A DNA stretch of 63,425 bases, filler included, from Octopus bimaculoides (GCF_001194135.2; 9 parts of 9 records of this genome joined end to end with filler, not necessarily neighbours in it), one strand, 5' to 3'. Shown: positions 36,825 through 51,612, counted from the first letter of the whole stretch. Numbers and translations are program-made. The notes: generated by a model from the letters alone, not told the origin.

Positions 36825-37111
36825 ATAAAAACAAAATGAACTGCAATTCAGACATTTTCAGACATATTTAAATAAACAAAAAGATCGAAATACCCCCAGT
36901 CCTGGCAAAATACATGATTTTTTTGAAAGTAGAGAATATTCAACGACATGATTAATAAATATCATCTTTTTTTTTTTTTGCTATGCTCTAGAAGGAAAAG
37001 AGTAAAATACACATACATAAATACATACATACCTCCATACATACACACACACATACGTATAAATAAATATATATATACATACGTACATATAAAATATATA
37101 TGTACATATGC

Positions 37112-37165
<54 letters not shown>

Positions 37166-37261
37166 NNNNNNNNNNNNNNNNNNNNNNNNNNNNNNNNNNN
37201 NNNNNNNNNNNNNNNNNNNNNNNNNNNNNNNNNNNNNNNNNNNNNNNNNNNNNNNNNNNNN

Positions 37262-37310
<49 letters not shown>

Positions 37311-37507
37311 ATATTCCATTTGGGTTTTAACCTTGAAGCTTACGTTATAGATTCACAAACGCACCTACGTCCTTATAGACACAAATACAAACACGCATGA
37401 TGTTATATACAAATACGTACACAAACGCAAACAGTTCTACACATGATGTTACAGGCTGTCAATCAGAAGGCTTTTAACAAGCAGCACGAACAATAATAAC
37501 AACAACA

Positions 37508-37557
<50 letters not shown>

Positions 37558-37574
37558 AGTAGCAGCCAACGGGT

Positions 37575-37765
37575 GAGCTTCATAGTGGTCGTTCGATGTG
37601 CCAACAATTGCAGCGAAATCTCTCTCCAATCGATTCAACCGTCTTGAAGCGGAAAGATTCACTGCATAATACCTAGGTAGAGAATTAAGTTCGGATAGTC
37701 ACGGTTGGAATGCATTTGATGATAGGTCTGTTCAGTCATGGCTGACCTGCAGCTAAAAAAATAGC
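37575..37765 (+). mobile_element. Old dispersed SINE-tail-like repeat
   Basis: Similar by eye to 56550-56760 (+) and 40690-40860 (-). Confidence 0.4.
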
Positions 37766-38039
37766 ACCGATAATAGTGACAATATTAGCCGTAGTAGTTA
37801 TGGTGGTAGTGGTGGTGGTGGTGGTGGTTGTGGTGGTGGTGGTTACGTTAGTGGATCTCCGTCGTTGGACGATGAGAATTCAGTTATTCGATCGAGTGAA
37901 TTATCTGCTCTTGAGTTAACGCGTAAACGATTGGGAATGTTCATAGCCAGGCATACTTTTAACGTAATTCACAAGCAGAATCAGCGTGACAGTGTGTAAC
38001 AATGATCTACTTTTTGAACAACAGACAGAATGTACCCGA

Positions 38040-38200
38040 CGTGGTAACGCGCCGTTTTTATTCCCAGTTTCACTCGCAAGATATCAGTCGATTCGATGGT
38101 AGAGAAAATGGCACTTACCCAAGATCGAGGTTCAAAATAGAGTGAACCCGAGACGTCGTGGTTATAAAACAAATTTCTTAACCATTCGGCCACTCTGCGC
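38040..38200 (-). mobile_element. Highly diverged SINE family B head
   Basis: ggcgcagagtggccgaatggttaaga...cgggttca resembles the tRNA A/B boxes of family B. Confidence 0.5.
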
Positions 38201-38705
38201 CGACCTGCAGCAACAATATTGACGTATAGAAGCAACAACAGCAATTACAATAACAGAAACACCAACTAAAACAGTAACAAGAAAGTTAACATCTACTACA
38301 AATTCTAAAAGCCACAATAACATAAACGTCACAAGCAACACGGCTAAACAACAAGAGTAAATGTAAACAAGAACAGCAACGCCATTAAAAGCAGAAAAAT
38401 AAATAAACGATCGGAAAGGCAAAAGCATAATCGCCACAAACAGCAACACAGGCTAAAGAAACAAAAAAAAAAACAAACAAACAGAGCGGCAGCGACAACA
38501 ACAAAAACAAAAACACCTGCAGCAGAGTAGCAGCAACAACAACGACTGCTGAAAAACGATGGTAATAAATGAGCAACGAAGCGACAACATAGAAGGGAAA
38601 AATGGCGTCAAGCAGGGCAAATTGTAAGAAGCAGCAGCAACCATTACAATATCTGCAGAGTAGCCATAGCAACAAAAACAACATCTGCAACAAGAGAACG
38701 GTTAA

Positions 38706-38761
<56 letters not shown>

Positions 38762-39013
38762 GCAACGACGACCACAACAGCAACAACTACCGGGGTAAGT
38801 GTAACATCGACTATAACAGCATTAAGTGTTTGCTGCAAAACAACAACAGCAACAACTACAACTACTACAGCAGCAACAATAGCAACAACAACAACAACAA
38901 CAATAACAGAAACTGTAGCATCACTAAACGGCATTTAATTCATCAACTCAGGTTAAAGTCCGCCCATCAATGGGGCTTCAACCACAACTTTGATTTTTAG
39001 CTTTAGCCTGTTC

Positions 39014-39082
<69 letters not shown>

Positions 39083-39744
39083 CGCATACACACGCTCATG
39101 TATATTGTTTATTTACTCGATTTGATCGGCAAATGACCAACAGAATCAAACAAGCGGCAGATTCTATCTGTACAGTCGTAAGAAAAATAATTTGCTTCTT
39201 TTGTCTCAGAGCATCAAAATAACTCTCTAAATGTTTGTCAAAAACTTGATTTTATTTGGTTCTTTAAATCTCTGATGGCTTCTCCCAATTTCTTTTTTCT
39301 CTTTCCTTCTTTTTTTTTTCTTATTGCATTTCTGTCTGACTTATCATTCATGTATTTTTTTATGATTTTAGGAGGTCTTTTCTCATTTTCGTTTTATTCT
39401 GATGTTTAATAAATCACTTTTGTATTGTAAGTGGCAAAAAGAACGAAAGATTTTTGTGAACCATACTTACAACAAGGGTTCTATTCCTGGTTGAGTCTCT
39501 TCATTTCAAAAATTCTCCGAACGGCAGATAAGTGTCATTAACGGACTTGGTATTGGCGGTCTACAAGTTGATGATTGTGTTAAAAGTATTCACTTTGTCA
39601 TATTCTCTTCGTTATATCTACCTTGCCCTTCAACGTTGAGCTGTATTATAGACAAGATATTTAATACGCAGAAGCTTGGTCTTCGGGTTTTTTCAGCAGG
39701 CAAAGTGAGAAAGGATAGCGTCCACCAGGAGGACAATAAATTAG

Positions 39745-40065
39745 TCAATTTTAGTTTGGACGTTTCAATGATTTCACACGACCACGCCATCGTTCACGGT
39801 ACCCCGTGCATGTTCTTAATTCGTGAGCATTTGTCATTCGACTGTCCTGGAGCAAGTTGTCCACATAGGTTAAACGTTTTATCCCCCTGTTGGTTCTTCC
39901 TTCAACTCATTGTCATATGACCAGTTGACATACGCTTCCTTCTGGGTTCCTGACGCAATGACCAGCAATTCTAATTCTTTGCTGAATACTTTCAGTCGCT
40001 TTGGGCAGATTTTGATAAAGCTGTTTGTTGGTTATGTCGGCTAATTGCCTTGATACCCTGTATTA
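39745..40065 (-). mobile_element. RTE-type LINE 3' fragment
   Basis: ITNKQLYQNLPKATESIQQRIRIAGHCVRNPE...GRTNRG...LTYVDNLLQD...RERWRGRV. Confidence 0.75.
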
Positions 40066-40183
40066 ATGCTTTGGTCCCTTGTCGTACTGACAGGGAGACC
40101 TCCAATGAATCCTGTTAAAGCAAATGATAGCTATTCTATCTCCACTGACTTGCATTATTTCCCGCAATATTAGAAAGAACGAC

Positions 40184-40330
40184 GGCAGCGAACTGGTTAA
40201 AGCGCCGGACAAAATGTCGTGCATATTCGTTACACCTCTTTACGTTCCGTGTTCAAATCCCCCTGAAATCAACTTTACTTTTCATCCTTCCGAGGTTGAT
40301 AAAATTCCAGTATCCATGATTAGTTTAATA
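40184..40330 (+). mobile_element. SINE family A, diverged partial
   Basis: ggcagcgaactggttaaag...gttcaaat...tttcatccttccgaggttgataaa. Confidence 0.65.
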
Positions 40331-40919
40331 GCTGGAATTACTAGGATTTGATCTGGGAAACCGGATTTACTGTGAACCCATGAAAGAGTAATAAACTTGT
40401 CTTATCTAGATGACAAGATGATGTCTTGTAAAATAAAACACCCGAAGAAAGTCAACGATAAACTAGCTCTATTTTCTCCCTTAGTAGTAGTCAAAGGTGT
40501 CGGTATCACCAGAGGGCGTTCACGATTATATGGTACATGAAGTAGAAATTGAGAACAAAAACATCACTAGTTTCAAATCTAATACTCAATACAGTTGGAA
40601 CACATTTCACGTCTGATAAAATTCATGTCGAGCAGATTAGAGTCACTATTGTTGCAGTTGTTGTCGTCATCGTCGTTGTCATCGTCGTCGTCGCTGTTGT
40701 TGTGTAGCCCATGATCAATCTATAATCAAAGGTTATTCAACATGAACACCAAATATCTTACACACACGTAGAACTACGTTTCTCAAATATCTTTATTCCT
40801 TAAAGACAATATCGATGGTTTTTGAAAGAGAGATTAAGCCAGGAGTCGACAAACGTCTTATATCATTGACTCCTTTATAGAACCATTGACAATTTATCGA
40901 CCCTCATCATTTTCGCTCG

Positions 40920-41165
40920 TTTTGCTTCACGCTCTTGCTTGATGGACCAGAGATTATCCCAGGTTAGTGGCCCCAGAGACGTCATCACGCGTAGAGCCGA
41001 CCAGATCCAACAGTACTCTCCATCGCCGCCGGTCCCGTGCCAGTCCCTCTACAATCTCCAAAGTGGCGTCGAGCCTCTAGAGACCTTCCTCAACCACATG
41101 CAGCCTTCTGGTGCGATGCCTGCCACGAGGCCTCTTGCAGCCCACAGCTGCTGCGTCGGATGAGA
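40920..41165 (-). mobile_element. RTE-type LINE extreme 3' end
   Basis: GCKRPRGRHRTRRLHVVEEGL*RLD...LARDRRRWRVLL. Confidence 0.7.
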
Positions 41166-42316
41166 GTAAAGCCCTGATAAAATTATCTAGCGGGAGACAG
41201 AGAACATGTCTGTGCAGGCGCATGCGACAAATAGCTATGAGGTGAGAGGCTGCGTGCTGATGCGTGTACGTATGCAGTTCTTTGTACCATCTGATGTTCT
41301 CGATGATTCATCATAAATTTCTAAGATAAAATTATAAAATATGATTAAGAAATATTTCTTGACTTCAAAGCAATAACCCTTGGTTTTTATTTTCTTTTTC
41401 GCGTCATTATCACTTTTTAGCAAGATATTTAAAACAAAATTTAATGAAAATGCTTAACGAATATTGACACAGGACAATAAAAGTTCAGTCATATTCTATT
41501 GATATATAATTGAAATATTTAAAGTCTATCGTCTCCTTGGATGGTCACAGTGACAGCTTCAATGGGCCAATACAGACCACTTTGGCAGCGTCTCGATTCG
41601 ACTGTTATTTTTAGCTAGCGAGTCTGCCACATAAAGGCTCCCTCTTGTTGGCTCAGTATTGAGGTAACTGATCTTAGGTACGAAGGGAAGTGGAATGTTA
41701 GCTCAATGTTGCTACGAGATTTCAATTCTGTTTTCATTTTCCATTGTCATTGCAAACATGCCTGCTTTTAACGACCACCTCTCCAAACAAATCTATGTCG
41801 CAAACAGAAAAAGTTTGGTGTCGGCGGCAGCGGTGGTTGCGAAGGTGGAGGCGCTGAAATTAAGGTGAACGTAGTAAGGTAATGGAGGTGGCGGCAGTAA
41901 CTGTGACGGTGATGGTGATGGTAGTGGTGGAGGGCATGATGGTGGTAATGGGGAAGTTGAAGAAGATGTTGGTAATAGTAAGAGCGAAGGTTGTGATGTT
42001 ATTGGTGGCGTTGGTGGTGGTGATGCTGGTGTTGATGTCGGTTGTGGCGGTGGTGGTGGTGGTGGTGGTAGTTTTGATATTGTAGACGGCGGCGTAGATT
42101 AGTTTGTCGCATTTATAAGAGCGTCGTCATCGTTGTTCATTCGTATCATCGTCATCATCATTATCATCATCCCGTACAGCGCGCGTGTGTATGTGTTTGT
42201 GTGAATGTGTAAGAGTGAGTGTATGAGTGTTTGTGTATGTGTGTATACACACTCACACACAAGCATATATATACACACATAAATATATGTATATATATAT
42301 AATATACATATACATA

Positions 42317-42479
42317 GGCGTAGGAGTGGCTGTGTGGTAAGTAGCTTGATAACGAACCACATGGCTCCGGGTTCAGTCCCACTGCCTGGCACCTTCTGTC
42401 TTCTACTATAGCCTCGGACTCACCAAAGCCTTGTGAGTGGATTTGGTAGATGGAAACTGAAAGAAGCCCGTCGTATATT

Positions 42480-42524
<45 letters not shown>

Positions 42525-42752
42525 GCATCTGTGTGTATATGTTTGTGTGTCTGTGTTTGTCCCCCCAACATCGCTTGACAACCGATGCTGGTGTGTTTAC
42601 GTCCCCGTAACTTAGCGGTTCGGCAAAAGAGACCGATAGAATAAGTACTAGGTTTACAAAGAATAAGTCCTGGAGGTGGATTTGCTCGACTAAAGGCGGT
42701 GCTCCAGCATGGCCGCAGTCAAATGACTGAAACAAGTAAAAGAGTAAGAGTA
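42317..42752 (+). mobile_element. SINE family B, full length
   Basis: aggcgtaggagtggctgtgtggtaag...aaacaagtaaaagag. Confidence 0.9.
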
Positions 42753-42789
42753 AAGAGTATATATATACACATACATACACACACACACA

Positions 42790-42819
<30 letters not shown>

Positions 42820-42820
<1 letters not shown>

Positions 42821-43233
42821 GTTTTGTCTTGCTATAAAAATGGGCTCCTGCAAATATTCTGTTTAGTACCAGATATTTGTTTGTCAGCTGAGCATGTCCC
42901 TTAGTGGCTGACAATATGTGCATCTCTGATAACGAGCAGGAGTATTGGGGGAGCATCATAGTCATATGTTGAGAGGAATTCTTTGGGGTTGGAATAATTC
43001 ACCTCTGGAAACATGGGTGTTTCATTCATCATCCTTAAACAAACCTCATTCAGGGACCTTTTGTGCGAGATGGGCTACTCAACCTAAAGAAAATTTTAAG
43101 TATTCCCCTAAATGAGCTGTTTATCTTGATATGAGATCACAGTGATGCGCACATGTGATTGTGATGCACACATGTGATTGTAATTATCAGACGATAGGTG
43201 CATGGGGCATGTTATATTTTACCCCAGTGTCAC

Positions 43234-43235
<2 letters not shown>
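42820..43235 (+). mobile_element. Dispersed non-coding repeat, family D
   Basis: Homologous to 55415-55935 and 60623-61155. Confidence 0.75.
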
Positions 43236-43286
<51 letters not shown>

Positions 43287-43622
43287 NNNNNNNNNNNNNN
43301 NNNNNNNNNNNNNNNNNNNNNNNNNNNNNNTTAATTAATTAANNNNNNNNNNNNNNNNNNNNNNNNNNNNNNNNNNNNNNNNNNNNTGTTGTTAAAAATA
43401 GTTCCAAAAATCTGTTATGAATGATTTGTATCTTCTAAAAGACAGTCAAATCATTTTTGCTTTCTGAAATATATTTTTTTCTTGTTAAATGGTCCGTTCT
43501 ATGGAAACACATTTACATGATTCCTACTTAGTTTTCTCTTCGCATTCCCAACACATTTCCATGTAAAATTTTTACTCCATTCTATTTCATTTATATTCGT
43601 GAGTTTGTATGTGTAGGTATGT

Positions 43623-43676
<54 letters not shown>

Positions 43677-44016
43677 CTGTATTTGTGTTTGTCTGTATAT
43701 GTGTGTGCGTGTGTGTGTGTCTCTCCCCGTTTAGCATGTATGCATATTCGTATAAATACATACGCACTAACATAAATACATAATTGTCACATACATGCAC
43801 ACACACACGCACACACACACACATTTGTTGATGCATCTGAACATGTTTATATGTGAGTTTACAAACTTTACCTCCTTGATATAACTTGCTTACTGCATTT
43901 TAACATATATACATAGAAACATACTTAAATTTACATGTATATATATCTATATGAATATATCATATATGTGTACGTCCATATTTACATATACGCATATGTG
44001 TGTGTGAGTACATATA

Positions 44017-44071
<55 letters not shown>

Positions 44072-45060
44072 NNNNNNNNNNNNNNNNNNNNNNNNNNNNN
44101 NNNNNNNNNNNNNNNNNNNNNNNNNNNNNNNNNNNNNNNNNNNNNNNNNNNNNNNNNNNNNNNNNNNNNNNNNNNNNNNNNNNNNNNNNNNNNNNNNNNN
44201 NNNNNNNNNNNNNNNNNNNNNNNNNNNNNNNNNNNNNNNNNNNNNNNNNNNNNNNNNNNNNNNNNNNNNNNNNNNNNNNNNNNNNNNNNNNNNNNNNNNN
44301 NNNNNNNNNNNNNNNNNNNNNNNNNNNNNNNNNNNNNNNNNNNNNNNNNNNNNNNNNNNNNNNNNNNNNNNNNNNNNNNNNNNNNNNNNNNNNNNNNNNN
44401 NNNNNNNNNNNNNNNNNNNNNNNNNNNNNNNNNNNNNNNNNNNNNNNNNNNNNNNNNNNNNNNNNNNNNNNNNNNNNNNNNNNNNNNNNNNNNNNNNNNN
44501 NNNNNNNNNNNNNNNNNNNNNNNNNNNNNNNNNNNNNNNNNNNNNNNNNNNNNNNNNNNNNNNNNNNNNNNNNNNNNNNNNNNNNNNNNNNNNNNNNNNN
44601 NNNNNNNNNNNNNNNNNNNNNNNNNNNNNNNNNNNNNNNNNNNNNNNNNNNNNNNNNNNNNNNNNNNNNNNNNNNNNNNNNNNNNNNNNNNNNNNNNNNN
44701 NNNNNNNNNNNNNNNNNNNNNNNNNNNNNNNNNNNNNNNNNNNNNNNNNNNNNNNNNNNNNNNNNNNNNNNNNNNNNNNNNNNNNNNNNNNNNNNNNNNN
44801 NNNNNNNNNNNNNNNNNNNNNNNNNNNNNNNNNNNNNNNNNNNNNNNNNNNNNNNNNNNNNNNNNNNNNNNNNNNNNNNNNNNNNNNNNNNNNNNNNNNN
44901 NNNNNNNNNNNNNNNNNNNNNNNNNNNNNNNNNNNNNNNNNNNNNNNNNNNNNNNNNNNNNNNNNNNNNNNNNNNNNNNNNNNNNNNNNNNNNNNNNNNN
45001 NNNNNNNNNNNNNNNNNNNNNNNNNNNNNNNNNNNNNNNNNNNNNNNNNNNNNNNNNNNN

Positions 45061-45102
<42 letters not shown>

Positions 45103-45465
45103 GCACACACACATATACTCTGCGTTCATTTTAGTGCATTTAAGATGGTGGACAAAAAAAGAAAGTGAATAAAATAAAGTTAAATATATAAAAAAATATA
45201 TATATAATGAAAATAGATTCATACTCACATATTGATATATGTAGTTGCAGATATATATGCATGTACCTAATTCATCTGAATCTAAATTTTTGCTATATAT
45301 ATATATGTATATGTATATGAGTATATATATATATGTGTGTATATGTATATATATATATATATGTGTATATGTATATGAGTATACATACAGGCATTCATAC
45401 GAGTGCAAACAAAGATACATATCGGAATTTGTGTGTGTGTTTATGCATGCATGCATGTATGTATG

Positions 45466-45542
<77 letters not shown>

Positions 45543-45769
45543 CTATGTATACATCAAACTGTGCGCCATTTGAAGCAATTTGTCGTTTGCAGCCATCTTG
45601 TCAATATATGGCAGCTTTTAAAATAGACAGTTACCATGAAACAAACCAGTTTTATATTGATGAACAAGATTCTTCTCGCTAGAATACAACCATTTGCCAT
45701 GTCAGTTTATTCTCTTTTATATATGCCTTACTGATCTCATTGCTGTTGATGTTGTTTTTATCATTAGTA

Positions 45770-45831
<62 letters not shown>

Positions 45832-45984
45832 GATGGCGGTATTGTTGTTGTCGTTGGAATTGCTGTTGTTCCTTTTCCTTTTCATACAATAGTTCATTTG
45901 TTTTTTTTTTCATCACAAACCCTTTCCTCAGTGGGTTTCTTTATCGTTTTGTTTCAAATTCTTGTATTTGCTTATTTTTTATTT

Positions 45985-46105
45985 CTTTCTTTTACTTGTT
46001 TCAGTCATTTGACTGCGGCCATGCTGGAGCACCGCCTTTAGTCGAACAAATCGACCCCAGGACTTATTCTTTGTAAGCCTAGTACTTATTCGATCGGTCT
46101 CCTTT
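45985..46105 (-). mobile_element. SINE family B 3' tail
   Basis: Reverse complement of the family B tail. Confidence 0.8.
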
Positions 46106-46169
46106 TGAAAATAAATTATAGTAGTTGAAGAAAATTGTTATTGTTTCATTAAAACAACCAGATCTGTTA

Positions 46170-46617
46170 TGGTTAGCTAATTAACATGCTTAAAATGCTG
46201 CTTGTCCTGTTCAATACAACGCTGAACCAGCGACACTTCTACAAATGTTTTGACACATTTAAATGTTGATGCCAGAAAATTTGCCAAGAATCGCTTGTGC
46301 TAACTTAGTAATTGGTTTTGATTGGGCCTCTGTGCAACACTTTCCAGCACACTTCACAAGAACTCAATGGTGTTAGATCTGGTGATTGTGATGGCCACTC
46401 AATTGCACCACGCCTTCCTATCCACCTGCGCGCATAATTGAGATTTAAACACTATCGAACACTTTATCCATAGTGAGTGAAATAAAGAGAAAGAAACGAT
46501 ACGTTAGAATATATATACAAAATCATATACTATAAAACTATAAAGTAGTAGAAATTTATATAGTAGAAAACTATAAAAACAAATAAAAAATGCAGTTACT
46601 TCTATCGCACCCTGTAC
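46170..46617 (-). mobile_element. Tc1/mariner transposase 3' remnant with TIR-like end
   Basis: RWIGRRGAIEWPSQSPDLTPL...QRCIEQDKQHF. Minus strand reads TA-CAGGGTGCG at about 46606-46616. Confidence 0.7.
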
Positions 46618-46664
46618 ATGCATACATACATACATACATACATACATACATACATAAATAAAAT

Positions 46665-46915
46665 AAATGCGCCCTTTTAAAGCCTAGCCAGGCTCATGGG
46701 CCCCGTTACCCGGTTTCATTGGAGAATACGTTCCCAAGCTGTACGGGACGCCAGTCCATCGCAGCGTTACTCATTTAAGCCAGCTGAGTGGACTGGAGTA
46801 ACGTGAAATGAAGTGTTTTGCTCAAGAACACAACGCGTCACCCGATCCAGGAATCGAAACCACAATCTTACGATCATGGTGCTGACACCCTAACCACTAA
46901 ACCACGCGCCTCCAC
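46665..46915 (-). mobile_element. tRNA-derived SINE, family C
   Basis: ggaggcgcgtggtttagtggttagggtgtcagc...ggtttcgattcctgg (A/B boxes). Second copy at 53003-53125 (+). Confidence 0.8.
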
Positions 46916-47146
46916 ACATACATACATACATGCATACATGCATACATACATACATACATACATACATACATACATACATACATACATACATACACATATG
47001 TAGAAGAAAAACACCGAGTGCTCCATTTGTCGTTCGGCTGCAATCATCAGCTGAGCGCCGTGCTTCGCCGAGATTTCGGCCCATTATGCACAGTATTTCT
47101 CCACACGGTGGGCCCGCAACAGCTGGACGTACTGCGTTGCAACCGG

Positions 47147-47177
<31 letters not shown>

Positions 47178-47245
47178 TGTATGTATGTATGTATGCATGT
47201 ATGCATGTATGTATGTTTGTATGTATTCATTATTACAAAACAATC

Positions 47246-47460
47246 AAGGCGGCGAACTGGCAAAGTCGTTAGCAGGCAGGATGAAATGCTTAGCGGTATT
47301 TCGCCCGTCGCTCTCGATCTGAATTCAAATTCCGCCGAGGTCGACTTTGCCTTTCATCTTTTTGGAGTCGATACATCAAGTACCAGTTGTGTACTGGAGT
47401 CGATCTAATCAACTGGTCTCCTCCCACAAAATTTCAAGCCTTATGCCTATATTGAAAAGG
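47246..47460 (+). mobile_element. SINE family A
   Basis: Consensus match. Confidence 0.85.
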
Positions 47461-47689
47461 ATTATTACAAAGAAAACGATGCCTGTGATTTCAAGTTTCG
47501 GCTAGCTCACTGTCATCGGGCTGTCTGATGACAGTGAGCAAGCCGACACTTCGAAGTTACTGACAACCTTTCCTTATAAAACTTTAACAAGAGTAACTAT
47601 ATTAAAAAGTATTTAGTAATCCTTCAGTTAAATTGCCTTTATATATAATTTGACATAATTAATAAACATTACGACTGTGATTAGTGATG

Positions 47690-48137
47690 GTCATAGTGAA
47701 GCTGATGATAATGATGATGGTGATGACGATGATGACGACGATGATGACGACGACGACGACGACGATGTTGATTTTGGTGACGATGATGATGATGTTGATG
47801 ATGATGTTGATGATGATGATGATAATGATGATCATAATCATACTGATGATGACGACAACGACGAACACGATGACGGTGACAACGGTGACGACGGCGATGA
47901 TGATGATGTCGATGACGACGACGATGACGATGATGATGCCAACGAGAGAGATGGCGATGACAATGATGACAACGTCGACGACATAGGATGATGTTGACGA
48001 TGCTGTTGATGATGAAAATTATGATAATCTATGTGAAGATATTTAGAATGATGGTTGCAGTATGAGTGTGATGGCGATGATGATGATGACTAAAAGGAAA
48101 ACGACGAAAAAAGATGATGACGATGACGATGAAGGTT

Positions 48138-48187
<50 letters not shown>

Positions 48188-48365
48188 GGTGGTGGTGGTG
48201 GGGATGATGGTGATGATGATGTTGGTGGTGGAAGTCGTGTAATGGAACGAACCAGCACCAGCACCAGCATCAATACCAGCAGCAGCAGCAGCAGCAGCAC
48301 CACCACCACCACCACCACCACCACCACCACCACCACCACCATCACCACCTCCACCACCACCACTA
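47690..48365. repeat. Compound trinucleotide low-complexity tract (GAT/GAC, GGT, CAG, CAC)
   Basis: Direct reading. Confidence 0.9.
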
Positions 48366-48939
48366 CAAAACAAAAAAATAACTAGAGAAAAGCCGATGAA
48401 GTAAATGCTAAACAACAAGAACTGCAAAGAAAAGCTTTACAAAAAATTAAAAATCATATAAAGAAAAAAACAAACAAACAAACAAACAAATGAATGATAG
48501 GTTGGTTTGCGGTGTATTGGTGCGATTGAACAGTGGAATGGTTAATAGAATGGGAGGAAGAGGTGTGGCAGAAGGATTTGCATTAATAAATAATTGGTAG
48601 CAGTGAAATTTAGCAGAAATCCATTTGTTTACGTCACTTCCGATAGCTTGCAAACTTTTGACAAAAACCGGCCATTTTAGGTTCACTCGCCGTATATGTT
48701 TTGTTTGTTTCTCGTTTATAGATTTTATTATGGATCTTGTTGTTGTTGTTTTTATTGCTGACTATATTATTATTATTTTTTTTCATTTCGCCATCAGCTG
48801 GTTTTATTGTTTCTAGATTTTAAATCGCTTTATAGACAGAGCTAAGTAGCACCAGTAAGGTCTACGTGTTCGTCTGCTTCTTTTCCTTCTTGTATTTAAA
48901 ACACCTTGCTTTCTATCGTATTCATGCATTGCTTTCACA

Positions 48940-49109
48940 TACATACATACATACATACATACATACATACATACATACATACATGCATGTATATCTATGT
49001 ATACATATATATGTATATATACGTGATTGAATATATCCATATAATATATATATATATATATATCTATACACACACACACATATATATACATATATATATA
49101 TATAAATAT

Positions 49110-49164
<55 letters not shown>

Positions 49165-49308
49165 CATATATATATGTGCGTGTATGTATTGTTTTATAGA
49201 GACTTTCACTTTTTATCCATCAAACTATCTATCTATCAAGCCTTCTATATCTACCCATCTATCTATTTATCCATCTCTCTCTTTCTCTCTCCGTCTCCCC
49301 TCCCCCTC

Positions 49309-49374
<66 letters not shown>

Positions 49375-49385
49375 CATCTCCATCT
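48940..49385. repeat. (CATA)n/(AT)n/(TATC)n microsatellites
   Basis: Direct reading. Confidence 0.9.
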
Positions 49386-51019
49386 CCATGTAATATAGAA
49401 ACATTTTTTTGTGAAGATATTTTCCTAAGTAATAATGCACTCCATTTGTTGTATTAGATATATTTTAACTATGAAAGGCTTTTAAAATTCTTATCGAAGA
49501 CTTATTTAGTAAGAGTCATATTATATTTCCTTTTATTTATTTACTCATTCAATGCACAATCCTTTAGAAATTTATGGATGCTGAAAATAAATCTTACTAC
49601 GTTTATTTACGCCTTTCTTTATTCCTTGATTTATTTTTAATCTTCATGATATTGTTGATGTTGTCGAGAATGGTGATTGCTGGCTAATCCCCGTCGCATC
49701 AACTTGGTTGCCCCGACGATAATTTTTTAATGTACAAGGGAAACCTCAGGCTACATAGGTCAAGAAGGTCAACAGTATTATTTTTCTGATTAAAAATACA
49801 CACACACACACGCACATAGACACGCCACACACACATACACACATACGAACACATATATATACACACACACACACAGACGCACATATATAAACATGTATGT
49901 GTGTGTGTATGTATTTCGGTGATGCAATGTAATGCGTTGAGTAAGATACGAACTCATTACCTTCCAGCAACAACATCTTCCCTATCTTATAGTTTTTATT
50001 CATTGAGTATTTTTGCTTTTAAATCATAATTGAGGTAGTCATGAAGCCTTCTTTCACAGCTCGAGATAAGCGTCAGAATTAATAAGACATTGATGGTCTG
50101 CTTGTATCGGCTAGAATCAAATTAGACGCTTCGGAAAAAAGAGTAAAAAAAGAGGCCCGGAAAAGTGTAAGCTAGCTAGTGTGCTGAGCAATCAAAATAG
50201 AGATTAATGTTGTGGGTTCCATCCTTTACCGTAGACATCCACTTGCTTCAGTATTGACTATCTAACGATATCATAGACAATGTGAGACTGGGTAACTATT
50301 TCGTATCATATCATTTGTAGTGTGATGTGTTTCCTAAAACTGTGCTTGTTCAAAGTATTTTCATAATATTGTCCTAAACAGCCATGCAGTTTTCAGACTT
50401 GTTTCATGATGTACTGAGTAATATAAAGCTTTCATTTCATAAGTCCCAAGTTAACTGGGAATGAATATCATATATGATGCATGGATGCCAGGGAAATATC
50501 TCCTGCGTATCTCATGTCATACACAGGACAGGCAAAGGGTTAAATGATCATGAACAATTTCGGCTGTTTATTAATTTACGCATCCGTTGTGAAGTGGTGG
50601 TGGGGGACAAACACAGACACAAAGACGTCGCTCATGTATATATATANNNNNNNNNNNNNNNNNNNNNNNNNNNNNNNNNNNNNNNNNNNNTTAATTAATT
50701 AANNNNNNNNNNNNNNNNNNNNNNNNNNNNNNNNNNNNNNNNNNNNACGACGTCCGACATGACCATTGAAGTCTCCAGCCACAAAGAGAAGGTCCCTGTC
50801 ACTCGTCGACGAGGTAGTTTGCAAGAGGGTGTCATAGAATTGGTCTTTCAGACATATGTATCATCATCATCATCATCGTTTAACGTCCGCTTTCCATGCT
50901 AGCATGGGTTGGACGACTTGACTGAGGACTGGTGAAACCGGATGGCAACACCAGGCTCCAATCTAAATTTGGCAGAGTTTCTACAGCTGGATGCCCTTCC
51001 TAACGCCAACCACTCATGC

Positions 51020-51051
<32 letters not shown>

Positions 51052-51229
51052 GTACATATATATATATATTATGAAGGTTAATCTGATTACAATGCATAAA
51101 ATGCAAAATATTTTATCTTTTTGTAGATTAGGTAGGCATAATTCGCCCCTGCTTTTCAATCTCACTATTTAATCTATGCATATACATGTGCTCTGTACAC
51201 TCCTACAACACCGTTTTCTTTACGTGCTA

Positions 51230-51612
51230 TAGGCGTAGGAGTGGCTGTGAGGTAAGTACCTTGCTTACTAACCACATGGTTCCAGGTTCAGTCCCACTGC
51301 GTGACACCTTGGGCAAGTGTCTTCTATTATAGCCTCGGGCTGACCAAGGCCTTGTGAGTGGATTTGGTAGACGGAAACTGAAAGAAGCCCGTTGTATATA
51401 TGTATGTGTTTGTGTGTCTGTATTTGTCCCCCCCAACATCGCTTGACAACTGATGCTGGTGTGTTTAGGTCCCCATAACTTAGCGGTTCGGCAAAAGGAA
51501 CCGATAGAATAAGTACTAGGCTTACAAAGAATAAGTCCTGAGGTCGATTTGCTCGACTAATGGCGGTGCTCCAGCATGGCCGCAGTCAAATGACTGAAAC
51601 AAGTAAAAGAGT
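51230..51612 (+). mobile_element. SINE family B, full length
   Basis: Near-identical to 42317-42752. Confidence 0.9.

Noticed and set aside
42317-42400. tRNA-like A/B boxes in SINE heads
   Set aside because: No complete cloverleaf, and they are fused to repeated SINE bodies, so they are not tRNA genes.
47677-47991. 104-aa Asp-rich ORF and the many YI/HT/VC/poly-N/X ORFs in the track
   Set aside because: These are translations of microsatellites or N runs, with no splice or homology support.
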